From positions 1,216,001 through 1,280,000 of the forward strand of contig CP186953.1 of the NCBI GenBank assembly GCA_049570475.1: a stretch of 64,000 nt of DNA, given 5' to 3'. Source of the stretch: Candidatus Methanosuratincola verstraetei (GTDB taxonomy: Archaea; Thermoproteota; Methanomethylicia; Methanomethylicales; Methanomethylicaceae). Each line of letters starts with the position of its first letter. Position 1 is the first letter of the stretch. The translations under genes were made by a program, and so were the position numbers. The notes beneath the pieces were generated by a model. The model made no database searches. It saw only the letters and a program-made list of their open reading frames with translations, and was not told where the DNA came from. Below are positions 18,623-28,937 of this stretch, in pieces.

Positions 18623-20092
18623 CTATGCACCGGTTTTCATGCGCTCGAGCCTCTCCCTGATGCACAGGTTCACAAGCTCGGGGTCACCTTTCCCCCTTGT
18701 CTTGCGCATCACCTGCCCGACTAGGAAGTGTGCGGCCTTCTCGTCGGAGAGCGCGTCCGAGACTGCCTTGGGGTTCTCCGAGAAGACCTCTTCAACCACC
18801 TTCTCGATCGCTTCCCTGTCCGCGATCCTTGTAAGGTCATTCTCCCTGACAATCTCCTCGGCGCTCCTCCCTGTAGTCACGAGGGCCGGAAGGATGATCT
18901 TGCCAATCTTCCCGCTTATCTTGCCCTCCCTGATCATGCCGAGCATGCCCGCAAACACCTCGGGGGTTATCCTCGCATCCTCCAGCTCCAGGCCCTTGTC
19001 GTGGAGCACCCCCAGCAGGTCGCTCATTATCCAGTTGCTCACCGTCTTCGGCTCCCCGAAGAGCCGCGCAGCCTCCTCGAAGAAGTCCGCGAGCCTCTTC
19101 TCAGCCGTCAGGACCTGCGCGTCGTACTGCGGCAGCCCGTACTCCCTGGCGAAGCGCTCAGCCCTGGCGTCAGGCAGCTCAGGCATCCTCCCCTTGACCT
19201 CCTCTATGAACTCGTTGCTTATGGTTATCGGCGGGATGTCCGGCTCCGGGAAATACCTGTAGTCGTGCTCCTCCTCCTTCTCCCTGAGCGATATGGTGAC
19301 CTTCCTGACCTCGTCCCAGTGCCTCGTCTCGCGCCTGACCCTCTCCCCCTTCTCGAGCAGGCTCCTCTGCCTGGAGATCTCGAAGTTGAGCGCCCTCTCG
19401 ACCTCCTTGAAAGATGAGATGTTCTTTATCTCGACCCTCGTGCCCCCCTTGATCGAGATGTTCGCGTCGCACCTCATCGCCCCCTCCATGCCGCCGTCGA
19501 AAGCCCCGATGTGCTCCATGATCGACCTCAGCTTCTGGAGGAATAGCCTTGCCTCCCTCGGGGAGGACATGTCAGGCTCCGTGACTATCTCGAGGAGAGC
19601 CATCCCCGCCCTGTTGTAGTCCACGAGCGTGTACGGCGAGAGGTCGATCGGCCCGATGTGCACAAGCTTCGCAGGGTCTTCCTCGAGCTGTATCCTCGTG
19701 ATCCTGACCCTCTTCCTGGCGCTCCCCACGTTGATGTCGATGAATCCCCCTTCGCAGATAGTCTTCGATCCCTTGGTCTCGTACATCGAGATCTGGAAGT
19801 TCTTACCCATGTCAACATAGTAGTAGTTCTTCCTGTAGAAGGAGGTCCTCTCGCTTATCCTGCTGTTAAGCGCCAGCCCTGCCATGACTGCAAGCTCGAC
19901 CGCCTTCGCGTTCGGCCTTGGGAGCGACCCGGGGTGCCCAAGGCAGACCTCGCATACGTTCGTGTTCGGCTCCTTGCCCCTGTAATCGGTGCTGCACCCG
20001 CAGAAGAGCTTTGTCCTCAGCCTGTTGAGCTGGCAGTGGACTTCTATGCCTATCACGACGCCGTCCTTTTCTCCAGGCACCTCATTGATCAT
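18623..20092 (-). CDS. gatB: Asp-tRNA(Asn)/Glu-tRNA(Gln) amidotransferase subunit B
   Basis: IGIEVHCQL..TKLFC, RKNYYY.D, DYNRAG..LLEIVTEPD, RCDANIS, DYRYFPEPD. Confidence 0.96.
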   Translation of the reverse strand: MINEVPGEKDGVVIGIEVHCQLNRLRTKLFCGCSTDYRGKEPNTNVCEVCLGHPGSLPRPNAKAVELAVMAGLALNSRISERTSFYRKNYYYVDMGKNFQISMYETKGSKTICEGGFIDINVGSARKRVRITRIQLEEDPAKLVHIGPIDLSPYTLVDYNRAGMALLEIVTEPDMSSPREARLFLQKLRSIMEHIGAFDGGMEGAMRCDANISIKGGTRVEIKNISSFKEVERALNFEISRQRSLLEKGERVRRETRHWDEVRKVTISLREKEEEHDYRYFPEPDIPPITISNEFIEEVKGRMPELPDARAERFAREYGLPQYDAQVLTAEKRLADFFEEAARLFGEPKTVSNWIMSDLLGVLHDKGLELEDARITPEVFAGMLGMIREGKISGKIGKIILPALVTTGRSAEEIVRENDLTRIADREAIEKVVEEVFSENPKAVSDALSDEKAAHFLVGQVMRKTRGKGDPELVNLCIRERLERMKTGA

Positions 20093-20110
20093 GGCGGCTC
20101 ACCAACCTCC

Positions 20111-21550
20111 TCACACCGGGGGCCTGAGATCAAGCCCCAGCTCCTCCTCGACCCTGCTCGCAGCCGTTATGATCTTCCCCTCCCCGAGCGGCGGCCCCAT
20201 TATCTGGAGCCCGACTGGGAGCCCGTCGGCGAACCCGCACGGGACCGAGATCGCTGGAATGCCCGCAAGGTTGGCTGAAACTGTGTCTATGTCGCTCATG
20301 TACATCTCGAGCGGATCCTCCACCTTCTCGCCGATCCTGAACGCAGGGGTGGGCATCGTCGGCCCAACGAGCACGTCGAATCCCTTGAATAGCCGATCGA
20401 AGTCCCTCCTTATCAGCGTCCTCGCCTTCAGCGCCTTCAGGTAGTACTCCTCGTAGTAACCCGAGGAGAGCGCGAACGTGCCGAGGATGATCCTCCTCTT
20501 GACCTCGCTGCCGAAGTTCGCACCCCTGGTCTTGGAGAACGACTCCTCCCAGTTCAGCCCTTCGTCCTCCTCCCTGGTCCCGTACCTGATCCCGTCGAAC
20601 CTAGCCAGGTTAGAGCTGGCCTCCGACATTGCGATTATGTAGTAGGCCGGGAGCGCGTACTTGAGCGATGGCAGAGATGCCTCCTCCCAGGTGGCCCCTA
20701 GCCGCTCGAGGGCATGCACCGCCTTCCAGACCTCCCTCTCCACCCTGCTGTCGGTCCCCTCGCCGAAGAATTCCCGTGGGACACCTATCCTCAGCCCCTT
20801 GACGTCTTTATTCAGGTATGCGAGGTAATCCTCTTTCTCCCTTGGGATGGTGGTGCAGTCCTTTGGGTCGTGCCCGCTAATCACATTGAGCAGGAGGGCG
20901 CAGTCCCTCACGTCCCTCGCCATCGGCCCTATCTGCTCGAGGCTGTTTGCGTAGGCTACAAGCCCATGCCTGCTGACCAGCCCGTAGGTCGCCTTCATTG
21001 CGACTATCCCGCAGAAGCTCGCGGGGCACCTCACCGATCCCCCCGTGTCCGACCCGAGCGCCGCAAGTGCTAGCCTCGCCGAGACCGCTACCGCAGAGCC
21101 GCCGGAGGATCCCCCGGGGACCCTCGTCTTGTCCCACGGGTTCCTGCATATGAAGAACCCTGAGTTCTCGGTTGACGACCCCATCGCAAACTCATCCATG
21201 TTTGTCTTCCCGATGACAGTACCGCCTTCCGACTTGATCCTGGATACGGCAGTAGCGTCATACGGCGGAACATAGTCCTTGAGAATCCTCGAGCCGCAGG
21301 TGGTCCTCAGGCCTTTGGTGCATATGCAGTCCTTGACCGCTATGGGCGCCCCCTCGATCGATCCATTCCTGGATCCCGCACCCCCCTCCAAATCTGCCAT
21401 GAACTCGTTCACAGTGATGAATGCGCCATACTCCGGGTTCAGCCTCCTGATCCTCCCTAAGAGGGCTTCAAGGAGGGCTTCCCTCTCTATCTCGCCGTTC
21501 TTGATCGACTCCACTGACTCGAAGAGAGTCAGGTCCTCAAGCCTTGCCAT
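20111..21550 (-). CDS. gatA: Amidotransferase subunit A
   Basis: Amidase signature GKTNMDEFAMGSSTE, PGGSSGGSA, GSDTGGSVRCPA, EVKRRIILG. Confidence 0.96.
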   Translation of the reverse strand: MARLEDLTLFESVESIKNGEIEREALLEALLGRIRRLNPEYGAFITVNEFMADLEGGAGSRNGSIEGAPIAVKDCICTKGLRTTCGSRILKDYVPPYDATAVSRIKSEGGTVIGKTNMDEFAMGSSTENSGFFICRNPWDKTRVPGGSSGGSAVAVSARLALAALGSDTGGSVRCPASFCGIVAMKATYGLVSRHGLVAYANSLEQIGPMARDVRDCALLLNVISGHDPKDCTTIPREKEDYLAYLNKDVKGLRIGVPREFFGEGTDSRVEREVWKAVHALERLGATWEEASLPSLKYALPAYYIIAMSEASSNLARFDGIRYGTREEDEGLNWEESFSKTRGANFGSEVKRRIILGTFALSSGYYEEYYLKALKARTLIRRDFDRLFKGFDVLVGPTMPTPAFRIGEKVEDPLEMYMSDIDTVSANLAGIPAISVPCGFADGLPVGLQIMGPPLGEGKIITAASRVEEELGLDLRPPV

Positions 21551-21568
21551 AGCTAGCACTCGCCCTAA

Positions 21569-21865
21569 TCACACTATCTTGGGGGCGACGATGAACCCGT
21601 CCTTTACTTTCGGAGCAGTTGAGAGTGCCTCTTCCCTCTCGAGCCCAGCCTCCTCACGATCGTCCCTGAATGCGTTAGTGAGGTCCAGCACATGGAATGT
21701 CGGATCGGCTGCATCAACCTCCGGGCTGTCAAGCGCCTTGGCGAACTCGAGAATCCTGTTGAGCTGGTCTGTGAACCTCTCTATCTCATCAGGCGTAAGC
21801 GCGATCTTCGAGAGCCAGGCGAGCCTCTCGGTCCTTTCCTTGGAAACGGTCTTGATGCTCTCCAT
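21569..21865 (-). CDS. gatC: Amidotransferase subunit C
   Basis: LAWLSKIAL, FRDD, APKVKDGFIVAPKIV. Upstream of gatA. Confidence 0.88.
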   Translation of the reverse strand: MESIKTVSKERTERLAWLSKIALTPDEIERFTDQLNRILEFAKALDSPEVDAADPTFHVLDLTNAFRDDREEAGLEREEALSTAPKVKDGFIVAPKIV

Positions 21866-21988
21866 CGTTGCCCCTCCCTTTTACGCATAATAGCCATTGT
21901 GCGTAATAAAAATGCTGTTCTGGCTGACCGAATGCCGTTACTAACAGTTCTAAAATAAATAGGTTATTATAGGTTCTTATAATATACG

Positions 21989-22594
21989 ATGTGCATGCCA
22001 GAGAAGTTGTACACCCTTAAAGAAGCCTGCCTGCTTCTCGGTCTTCATCCGAGAACGATTCAGAAGTGGGACAAGCAGGGGAAGATCAGGGTCGTGAGGA
22101 CCATAGGCGGCCGCAGGAGAATACCCGAATCAGAGATTCGGAGGATGCAGGGCGAGAGAGGTATAAGGAGCATAATAGGTTATGCCAGAGTTTTGTCATC
22201 AACCCAAAAAGACGACCTGGAGAGGCAGGTGGAGTATTTGAGGCAGAGAGGGGTTCAGGAGATAATTACTGATGTAGGTTCTGGTTTAAACGAGAAGAGG
22301 AAAGGGTTTCTGAGGCTTCTCGATAGGGTGCTGCACAATGAGGTGGACAAGGTAGTAATATTGTACGAGGACAGGCTTACAAGATTCGGATTTGACACAC
22401 TTCGGAAGGTGTTCGAAGCCCATGGAACAAGCATCGAGGTGCTGAACCAGGTGGAGATGAAATCACCCCAGCAAGAGTTGGTCGAAGACCTTATCATGAT
22501 AATATCCCATTTCTCAGGTAAGATGTATGGGTTGAGGAGCCATAAGTACAAGGAGGTCATGGAACATGCTAAAGACCTATTCGCTCAAGCATGA
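21989..22594 (+). CDS. tnpA: IS607 transposase (MerR-like HTH + serine recombinase)
   Basis: YTLKEAC.LLG.HP.TIQKWDKQG, GGRRRIPESEI, GYARVLSSTQKDDLERQ, DVGSGL, DRLTRFGF, ELVEDL..II.HFSGK.YG.RS. Confidence 0.93.
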   Translation: MCMPEKLYTLKEACLLLGLHPRTIQKWDKQGKIRVVRTIGGRRRIPESEIRRMQGERGIRSIIGYARVLSSTQKDDLERQVEYLRQRGVQEIITDVGSGLNEKRKGFLRLLDRVLHNEVDKVVILYEDRLTRFGFDTLRKVFEAHGTSIEVLNQVEMKSPQQELVEDLIMIISHFSGKMYGLRSHKYKEVMEHAKDLFAQA

Positions 22595-23825
22595 TAAAAG
22601 GGAAGAGGTTGAAGGATTGCTTAGAGCATACAACGAGATACTCAACGCTATAATAGAGGATATCTGGTCAAACATAAGATGGAAACAGGTTAAGATACAA
22701 GGAAAGAATCAGTTCAGGCTCCTTCCAATCTACAGGAAGGATAGTCAGTTCAAGAAGTGTTTGAGGGATAAGAACCTGAAAGGTTGGATTTATGCAGCAC
22801 ATTGGGTTGATTCTGCACTGAAGACTGCTTTTTCGATAATGGATTCTTGGAAGAAGAATTATGTTAAAGGTGATAGGAAGAGGGTGTGCCCAAAGGCACG
22901 AAGATTATTCATTAGAGTGAAGCAGACCTTATGCAAGCTGGAAGGGGACAATCTAAGGGTTACCACAGCACCCAAAAGTTTTGTTTACTTTGACCTATCA
23001 AAACGCTACTTCAAAATCCCTAGGGAAATCTCATCAAGCGGGATCGGGGAACCAATCATCACTCTCAACAGAATATATCTACCTATACATGCGCCTGATA
23101 AGAGACCTGAACCCGCAATAGGAAAGATCGCTTGGGACTCAAACATGCTATCCCTTGATGGTTACTCTCCCAAAACAGGTTGGGTGAAGATAGATACGAA
23201 GGCGCTTGCTACTGTTCACATATCATCCTTTGAGAAGAGGAGGTCGGTTCAGAGAGAGGCAAAGTCGAAGAAGGCTAAGAGGGTGCTGAACAAGTATTCG
23301 AGGAGGGAGATGAATAAAGCAAGGAAACATCAGCTCGAAATCGCTAGAGTCATAAACTCTTTAGCTGAAGTAAACGGTTTCGAGAGGCTGAGGAAGGAGA
23401 GGATGTATCGGAGGTCTAGGGTATGGAACAGGAGAGTTATGAGAACGGACTGGAGGGCGATAATGAGAAGGGTCGATGGCAGCACAGAGCTGCCTCCACA
23501 GCACACATCTAAGGGATGCTCCAGATGTGGGTGTATCAATAGAGACCTGAACGGGTGCATGTTCAGATGTGGGAGCTGTGGTTTAACGATAGATAGGCAG
23601 CTCAACGCCGCGATAAACCTGTATCTGAGGATGGAGGGAGTTCCCCACCAGATGAAATGGTGGGATAAGCATATCCTGCCATCACTGGTGGGTGGGTACT
23701 TCCTGACAGGGGCGGAGCTGAAGGCCCCCTATGAACTCGTGAGGGGGCTATATGAGGCTGTGAAGCCCAAGCTCTTGTATGCATATGATAGACATGCCGA
23801 CGCATACCTACCTGTGCCTACATAG
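22566..23825 (+). CDS. tnpB: TnpB-family RNA-guided nuclease-like protein (RuvC-III Asp appears replaced by Gln)
   Basis: RuvC-I IAWDSN, RuvC-II FERL, zinc ribbon TSKGCSRCG...FRCGSCG, then DRQLNAAINL. Confidence 0.85.
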   Translation: MLKTYSLKHDKREEVEGLLRAYNEILNAIIEDIWSNIRWKQVKIQGKNQFRLLPIYRKDSQFKKCLRDKNLKGWIYAAHWVDSALKTAFSIMDSWKKNYVKGDRKRVCPKARRLFIRVKQTLCKLEGDNLRVTTAPKSFVYFDLSKRYFKIPREISSSGIGEPIITLNRIYLPIHAPDKRPEPAIGKIAWDSNMLSLDGYSPKTGWVKIDTKALATVHISSFEKRRSVQREAKSKKAKRVLNKYSRREMNKARKHQLEIARVINSLAEVNGFERLRKERMYRRSRVWNRRVMRTDWRAIMRRVDGSTELPPQHTSKGCSRCGCINRDLNGCMFRCGSCGLTIDRQLNAAINLYLRMEGVPHQMKWWDKHILPSLVGGYFLTGAELKAPYELVRGLYEAVKPKLLYAYDRHADAYLPVPT

Positions 23826-23949
23826 AGCGAAACCCGTCTTAGTTCCGGAGCCTTCGTCCATAGGATTTGTGAAGGCGGGTACCTGAAATGGGAAATCGCA
23901 AAAATTCATTCGAGTGGAAATAAAAAATAAAATGGAGGATGTGCGGGGC

Positions 23950-24396
23950 TCACTCGATCTTGATCGAGTGCCTCTTGGCCTTCTCGAGCTTCGGCATCTT
24001 CACTTCTAGGACGCCGTTGTTGAACGTAGCCTTCACCTTTGAGGCGTCGACCCCGCAGGGGAGCTCGATGAGCCTGTAGAAGTTCATCGACCGCCTTTCC
24101 CTCTTCCTGACACCGCCCTTCTCAAGGGAGACCTCCTGCTTCTGGGATGCCTTTATCTCCAAAGTGTTGTCGGTAAGGTTGAGTTCAATGTTCTCCTTGG
24201 GGACCCCTGGGAGCTCCGCGGTGACTATGACCTCGTCGGAGGTCTCGTTGATGTCGACCAGCGGCTCCCTGAACCCTTGATCGCTGGAGACGGGGAGCCT
24301 CCTCTGCATCTCCTCGGTCATGCTCCCCATGAACCTCTCCATCTCCCGCATCATCCTCCGGAAATCGTCGAATATGTCGATCCCGTAGGACATCAT
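23950..24396 (-). CDS. Small heat shock protein Hsp20
   Basis: EPLVDI.E, AELPGV.KENI, A.FNNGVLEV..PK, terminal IKIE. Confidence 0.93.
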   Translation of the reverse strand: MMSYGIDIFDDFRRMMREMERFMGSMTEEMQRRLPVSSDQGFREPLVDINETSDEVIVTAELPGVPKENIELNLTDNTLEIKASQKQEVSLEKGGVRKRERRSMNFYRLIELPCGVDASKVKATFNNGVLEVKMPKLEKAKRHSIKIE

Positions 24397-24475
24397 CAAC
24401 CACCTCTGGAATTAGAATATATCGCAGTAAAATATATATCTTTCTGTAGCATAGAAGTATCGCAGGTGCATCAAG

Positions 24476-26635
24476 ATGACCGAGAACAGATCATTAGAGC
24501 TAGAAGTTGCCGAGGCGCGCACCCGAGATGTGGGTCGTGCCTTGGCCAGGCTGAACCGCCAGGCGATGAGCAGGCTTGGCCTGCGGCCTGGCGACTTCAT
24601 CGAAGTGGAGGGGAAGCGGCGGACCGTAGCCATAGCTTGGCCCGCTTACGCTGAGGACGAGGATCACGACATAATAAGGATAGACGGGATAATAAGGCAC
24701 AATACTGGGACCTCTATAGGCGACACCGTGAAGGTCTCCAAGGCCGATCTTAAGCCTGCTTCAAAGATTGTGCTCGCCCCGACTGAGCCGATAAGGTTCA
24801 GCTCTGACTTCGGGGAGTATGTGAGGCAGATCCTGGAAGACAAGCCGCTGAGCAAGGGAGATACTGTGATGGTGCCGATCCTTGGCGAAGCCCTTCGGCT
24901 GGTAGTGGCCTCGATCCAGCCCGAACAATCCGGATACGTCACGGAGGATTCGGAGGTAATCGTGAAGGAGGAGCCGGTCAAGGAGATCGATACCTCCAGG
25001 CCAAAGGTATCCTACGAGGACATAGGGGGGCTCGCGGACGCAAAAGAGAAGATAAGGGAGATGATCGAGCTCCCGATGCGCCACCCCGAGCTCTTCAAGC
25101 ACCTCGGCATCGAGCCGCCGAAGGGGGTGCTGATGTACGGACCGCCCGGGTGCGGCAAGACGCTCCTCGCAAAGGCAGTGGCAAATGAATCCGGTGCCAA
25201 CTTCATCACAATCAACGGCCCCGAGATCATGAGCAAGTTCTACGGCGAGTCGGAGCAGAAGCTCAGGGAGATCTTTGAGGAGGCCGAGAAGAACGCCCCA
25301 AGCATCATATTCATAGACGAGATCGACTCGATCGCCCCCAAGAGGGAGGAAGTATCGGGCGAGGTCGAGAGGAGGGTCGTGGCCCAGCTACTCGCACTCA
25401 TGGACGGGCTCAAGAGCAGGGGGCAGGTCATTGTGATCGCAGCCACCAACCGTCCAGACGCGATAGACCCTGCCCTGAGGAGGCCCGGCAGGTTCGACCG
25501 CGAGCTTGCCATCTCGATGCCCGACAAGAAGGGGAGGCAGGAGATCCTCCAGGTCCATGTTAGAGGCATGCCGCTGAGCGAGGACGTCAAGATAGACGAG
25601 ATTGCGGGGATGACACACGGCTACAGCGGCGCAGACCTGGCGGCGCTCACAAGGGAGGCTGCGATGCGGGCGCTGAGGAGATTCCTGCCGAAGCTTGACC
25701 TCCAGAAGCAGACGATACCCGCCTCGATCCTGAACTCGCTGAAGGTATCCAAGGCTGACTTCCTTGAGGCGATGAAAGACATAACTCCCTCGGCGCTCCG
25801 GGAGGTATACGTCGAGGTCCCGGAGGTCCACTGGGAAGATGTCGGCGGCCTCGCAGACGTGAAGAGGCAGCTGCAGGAGATGGTAGAGTGGCCCCTGAAG
25901 CACCCCGAGCTATTCGAGCAGATGGGAATCGAGCCGCCGAAGGGGATCCTGCTCTACGGACCGCCTGGCACGGGCAAGACGCTCCTCGCGAAGGCTGCTG
26001 CCACCGAGAGCCAAGCCAACTTCATCAGCGTAAAGGGACCCGAGGTCCTGAGCAAGTGGGTCGGCGAGTCAGAGAAGGCGATCAGGGAGATCTTCAAGAA
26101 GGCAAGGCAGGCTGCGCCGTGCATAGTCTTCTTCGACGAGCTTGACTCGATCGCTCCGAGGAGGGGCGGGCATACCGACTCAGGCGTAACCGAGAGGATG
26201 GTCAACCAGATCCTATCGGAGATGGACGGGCTGGTCTCCCTCAAGAATGTCGTGGTCATCGGTGCGACCAACAGGCCAGAGCTCATCGACCCCGCCCTGC
26301 TCAGGCCAGGGCGCTTTGACAGATCCGTATACATACCCATACCTGACCGGGCAGCGAGGGAGGAGATCTTCAAGGTGCACACGAAGAAGATGCCACTGGA
26401 TGAGGGCGTCGACCTGAAGGTCTTGGCTGAGAAGACCGAGGGCTACACTGGCGCCGACATCGCTGCGGTGTGCCGCGAGGCTGCGCTGAGCGCCCTCAGG
26501 GAGGACATGAAACCGAAGAAGATACAGATGAAGCACTTCGAGGCTGCCCTCAAGGCAATACAGCCGAGCGTCTCCAAGGAGGATCTGCTCAGGTACGACG
26601 ACTCGAAAAAGATGCTAGGGAAAATGTTCGTCTGA
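24476..26635 (+). CDS. cdc48: CDC48/VCP (VAT) AAA+ ATPase
   Basis: N-domain plus two AAA modules ([33 protein letters not shown]). Confidence 0.96.
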   Translation: MTENRSLELEVAEARTRDVGRALARLNRQAMSRLGLRPGDFIEVEGKRRTVAIAWPAYAEDEDHDIIRIDGIIRHNTGTSIGDTVKVSKADLKPASKIVLAPTEPIRFSSDFGEYVRQILEDKPLSKGDTVMVPILGEALRLVVASIQPEQSGYVTEDSEVIVKEEPVKEIDTSRPKVSYEDIGGLADAKEKIREMIELPMRHPELFKHLGIEPPKGVLMYGPPGCGKTLLAKAVANESGANFITINGPEIMSKFYGESEQKLREIFEEAEKNAPSIIFIDEIDSIAPKREEVSGEVERRVVAQLLALMDGLKSRGQVIVIAATNRPDAIDPALRRPGRFDRELAISMPDKKGRQEILQVHVRGMPLSEDVKIDEIAGMTHGYSGADLAALTREAAMRALRRFLPKLDLQKQTIPASILNSLKVSKADFLEAMKDITPSALREVYVEVPEVHWEDVGGLADVKRQLQEMVEWPLKHPELFEQMGIEPPKGILLYGPPGTGKTLLAKAAATESQANFISVKGPEVLSKWVGESEKAIREIFKKARQAAPCIVFFDELDSIAPRRGGHTDSGVTERMVNQILSEMDGLVSLKNVVVIGATNRPELIDPALLRPGRFDRSVYIPIPDRAAREEIFKVHTKKMPLDEGVDLKVLAEKTEGYTGADIAAVCREAALSALREDMKPKKIQMKHFEAALKAIQPSVSKEDLLRYDDSKKMLGKMFV

Positions 26636-26692
26636 GCCGGACATCCCCTTTCTTCTTTCTCCTTCCTTTTTTTGGGCTCCAATCCTCATAGT

Positions 26693-28249
26693 TCATGGGG
26701 GTTGCTGGCACTTCATCCGTTTGGAATAGATCCTGTTAAGGCTCTCCATTATTGCGCTGACCGATGCCATGACGATGTCCCCTCCAACGGCGAGGCCCAT
26801 TGCGGTCCTCCCGTCCTTGTCCTCAGTCGTCACCTCGACTGTGCAGAGCGAGTCCGTCCCGCCTGAGATGGCCTCGAGCTTGTAGTTGAGGAGCCTGATC
26901 TCCTCGCCGAGAGCTGACTGGATTGCCTTCGCGAGCGCATCGACCGGCCCAGTCCCGATGCCGGCGGCTACGCGCCTCTGGTTGTTGTGGGTGAGCTGGA
27001 CCGATGCCGTCGGGGTTATCTTGTTCCCCGTTACGACGAGTATCTCGTCGAGCCTCACCAGCCTCTCCGCATCCGGGACGCTCCCGAGGACTTCATTAAC
27101 TACCGCGTTGACATCCTCCTCGATTATCTTCTTCTTGTGGATCGCGAGTGCCCTGACCTTCTCTACGACCGCTGCGATCTGCCCGTCAGTCAGGTTGTAC
27201 TTCTCCTTGACGAAATTGGCCACCCCGTGCTTGCCCGTGTGCTTCCCCATCACTATCCGCCTCTTCTGGCCCACCATCTCGGGCGTGAGCGGCTCGTAGC
27301 TCTCTGCCTTCGCGAGCACCCCATGGACGTGGATTCCTGCCTCATGCGCGAAGGCGTTGTTCCCAACTATTGGGAAGTTCGGGGGCAGGGAGATCATGCT
27401 GGCCCTCTCAACTACCTTTGAAGCCTCCTTCAGCAGGTTGAGCCTTATCCCAGTCTTTACTCCGTACATTGCATGGAGGGCAGTCACCGTCTGCTCGAGG
27501 CTCGCATTCCCGGCCCTCTCCCCCAGCCCATTGACAGTGACGTGGACCTGTGAGGCCCCTGCCTTGACCCCTGCCAGGGTGTTGGCAACTGCCAGGCCGA
27601 AATCATTGTGGCAGTGCATAGATACCGGCTTCTTCAGCGTTGCCTTGAGCCTGCTTATCAGGTCGAACATCGCCTCGGGCTCCATCACGCCGACCGTGTC
27701 GGGGACATTGTGGACGTCAGCCCCGTGCTCCTCGACCGCGGAATAAAACCTCAAGAGCCTCTCGATGGGGGTCCTGGTCGCGTCCTCGCAGGAGAACTCG
27801 CACTCGAGCCCGTGGGCCTTGACGTAGTCAGTAGCCGCAAGCGCCTGCTCGAGAGCTTTGTCTTCGTCCATCCTCAGCTTGTACTTGAGGTGGACGTCAG
27901 AGGTTGCGATGAAGATGTGGACGCGATCCACCTCGCTGCTGATGCAGGCGTCTATGTCCTTGGTCACGCACCTTGCGAGTCCGCAAATTTTTGCCTTCAG
28001 CCTCTCCCTCTTGATCGTCCTGACGGTATTGCACTCCTCATCTGAATTTACAGGGAATCCTGCCTCGATCACGTCAACCCCGAGCTCGTCCAGCTTCCTT
28101 GCGATCTCTATCTTCTCCTCGAGGGTGAAGCAGACCCCAGGCGTCTGCTCGCCGTCCCTGAGCGTGGTGTCGAGGACCTGCACCCTATCCGGGAGATTGG
28201 ATCTCGCCCTTATGGGCTCGATGAAGTTGCTGACGAAGACCCCTTCCAT
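26693..28249 (-). CDS. 2-isopropylmalate/citramalate synthase family (LeuA/CimA)
   Basis: DTTLRDGEQTPG, HCHNDFGLA.AN, NGLGERAGN, HEAGIH, regulatory G.GPVDA domain. Confidence 0.92.
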   Translation of the reverse strand: MEGVFVSNFIEPIRARSNLPDRVQVLDTTLRDGEQTPGVCFTLEEKIEIARKLDELGVDVIEAGFPVNSDEECNTVRTIKRERLKAKICGLARCVTKDIDACISSEVDRVHIFIATSDVHLKYKLRMDEDKALEQALAATDYVKAHGLECEFSCEDATRTPIERLLRFYSAVEEHGADVHNVPDTVGVMEPEAMFDLISRLKATLKKPVSMHCHNDFGLAVANTLAGVKAGASQVHVTVNGLGERAGNASLEQTVTALHAMYGVKTGIRLNLLKEASKVVERASMISLPPNFPIVGNNAFAHEAGIHVHGVLAKAESYEPLTPEMVGQKRRIVMGKHTGKHGVANFVKEKYNLTDGQIAAVVEKVRALAIHKKKIIEEDVNAVVNEVLGSVPDAERLVRLDEILVVTGNKITPTASVQLTHNNQRRVAAGIGTGPVDALAKAIQSALGEEIRLLNYKLEAISGGTDSLCTVEVTTEDKDGRTAMGLAVGGDIVMASVSAIMESLNRIYSKRMKCQQPP

Positions 28250-28451
28250 ACGCTACACCATAGGAGAGATAAGATCTGCTCCCTCTTATTTAACTCGGTT
28301 GTCGCAGGGCTGATCCTCAATCCTTTGGGCGGGCCATCCCGAATCACCAGGCAGCCGTAATGGCCGTTTCATGATCCATTCTAATCCCGTGCCGTCTCCG
28401 GATCTGGGGCAAAGATTTAAGATCAAAGGTCGCATATATATGCAATAGCCG

Positions 28452-28838
28452 GTGAAAAAAATGACCAAGACTCTTAAGGAGAAATTCGACAAGAAGATGG
28501 GGTTCACACCTGCGATAATGCACATCGCTGCCGAGATAGACCCGAAGATGGCCGAGTTCTACAATTTCTGCGACACGGCTGTCCAGGAGGACGGGGCCCT
28601 TCCGTCAAAGTTCAAGATGCTGCTCATCATGGCGATGGGCGCACAGCGCCACTGCAAGGAGTGCGTAGTGTCAGCAATGAGGGGCGCGCACAACAAGGGG
28701 GCTACTGATGCCGAGATAATCGAGGCAATACGCGTAGTGGCGGTAGCCGGGGGAGCTCCTGCGATAACTGCGTGCAAGGACGCCCTCCAGATGCTCAAGG
28801 ACAAGTCCTTCGACAAGATGGGCTGCGGTACAAAGTAA
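28452..28838 (+). CDS. Carboxymuconolactone decarboxylase/AhpD-like protein
   Basis: DGALPSKFK.L, HCKEC (CxxC), GATDAEIIEAI.V. Confidence 0.82.
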   Translation: MKKMTKTLKEKFDKKMGFTPAIMHIAAEIDPKMAEFYNFCDTAVQEDGALPSKFKMLLIMAMGAQRHCKECVVSAMRGAHNKGATDAEIIEAIRVVAVAGGAPAITACKDALQMLKDKSFDKMGCGTK

Positions 28839-28937
28839 TCGACTTTTCACTTCTATCCTTTTTCTTTATCTTGCCAGCGCATGGCGGAAAATCCCGCGCC
28901 CTTGATGGGTGGGGAGAGTTCCATGATCTGGATCAGC

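Larger units (their letters stand above)
21935..23835 (+). mobile_element. IS607-family insertion sequence (tnpA + tnpB); ends tentative
   Basis: Overlapping serine recombinase and TnpB genes, visibly more AT-rich than the flanks. Tandem TAGGTT(A/C)TTA repeats at 21960-21979. CCGT at both putative ends (21935, 23834). Confidence 0.85.

Noticed and set aside
25100-26000. Near-identical DNA stretches between the CDC48 D1 and D2 Walker A regions
   Set aside because: Short and interrupted by substitutions. Explained by protein conservation plus codon bias.
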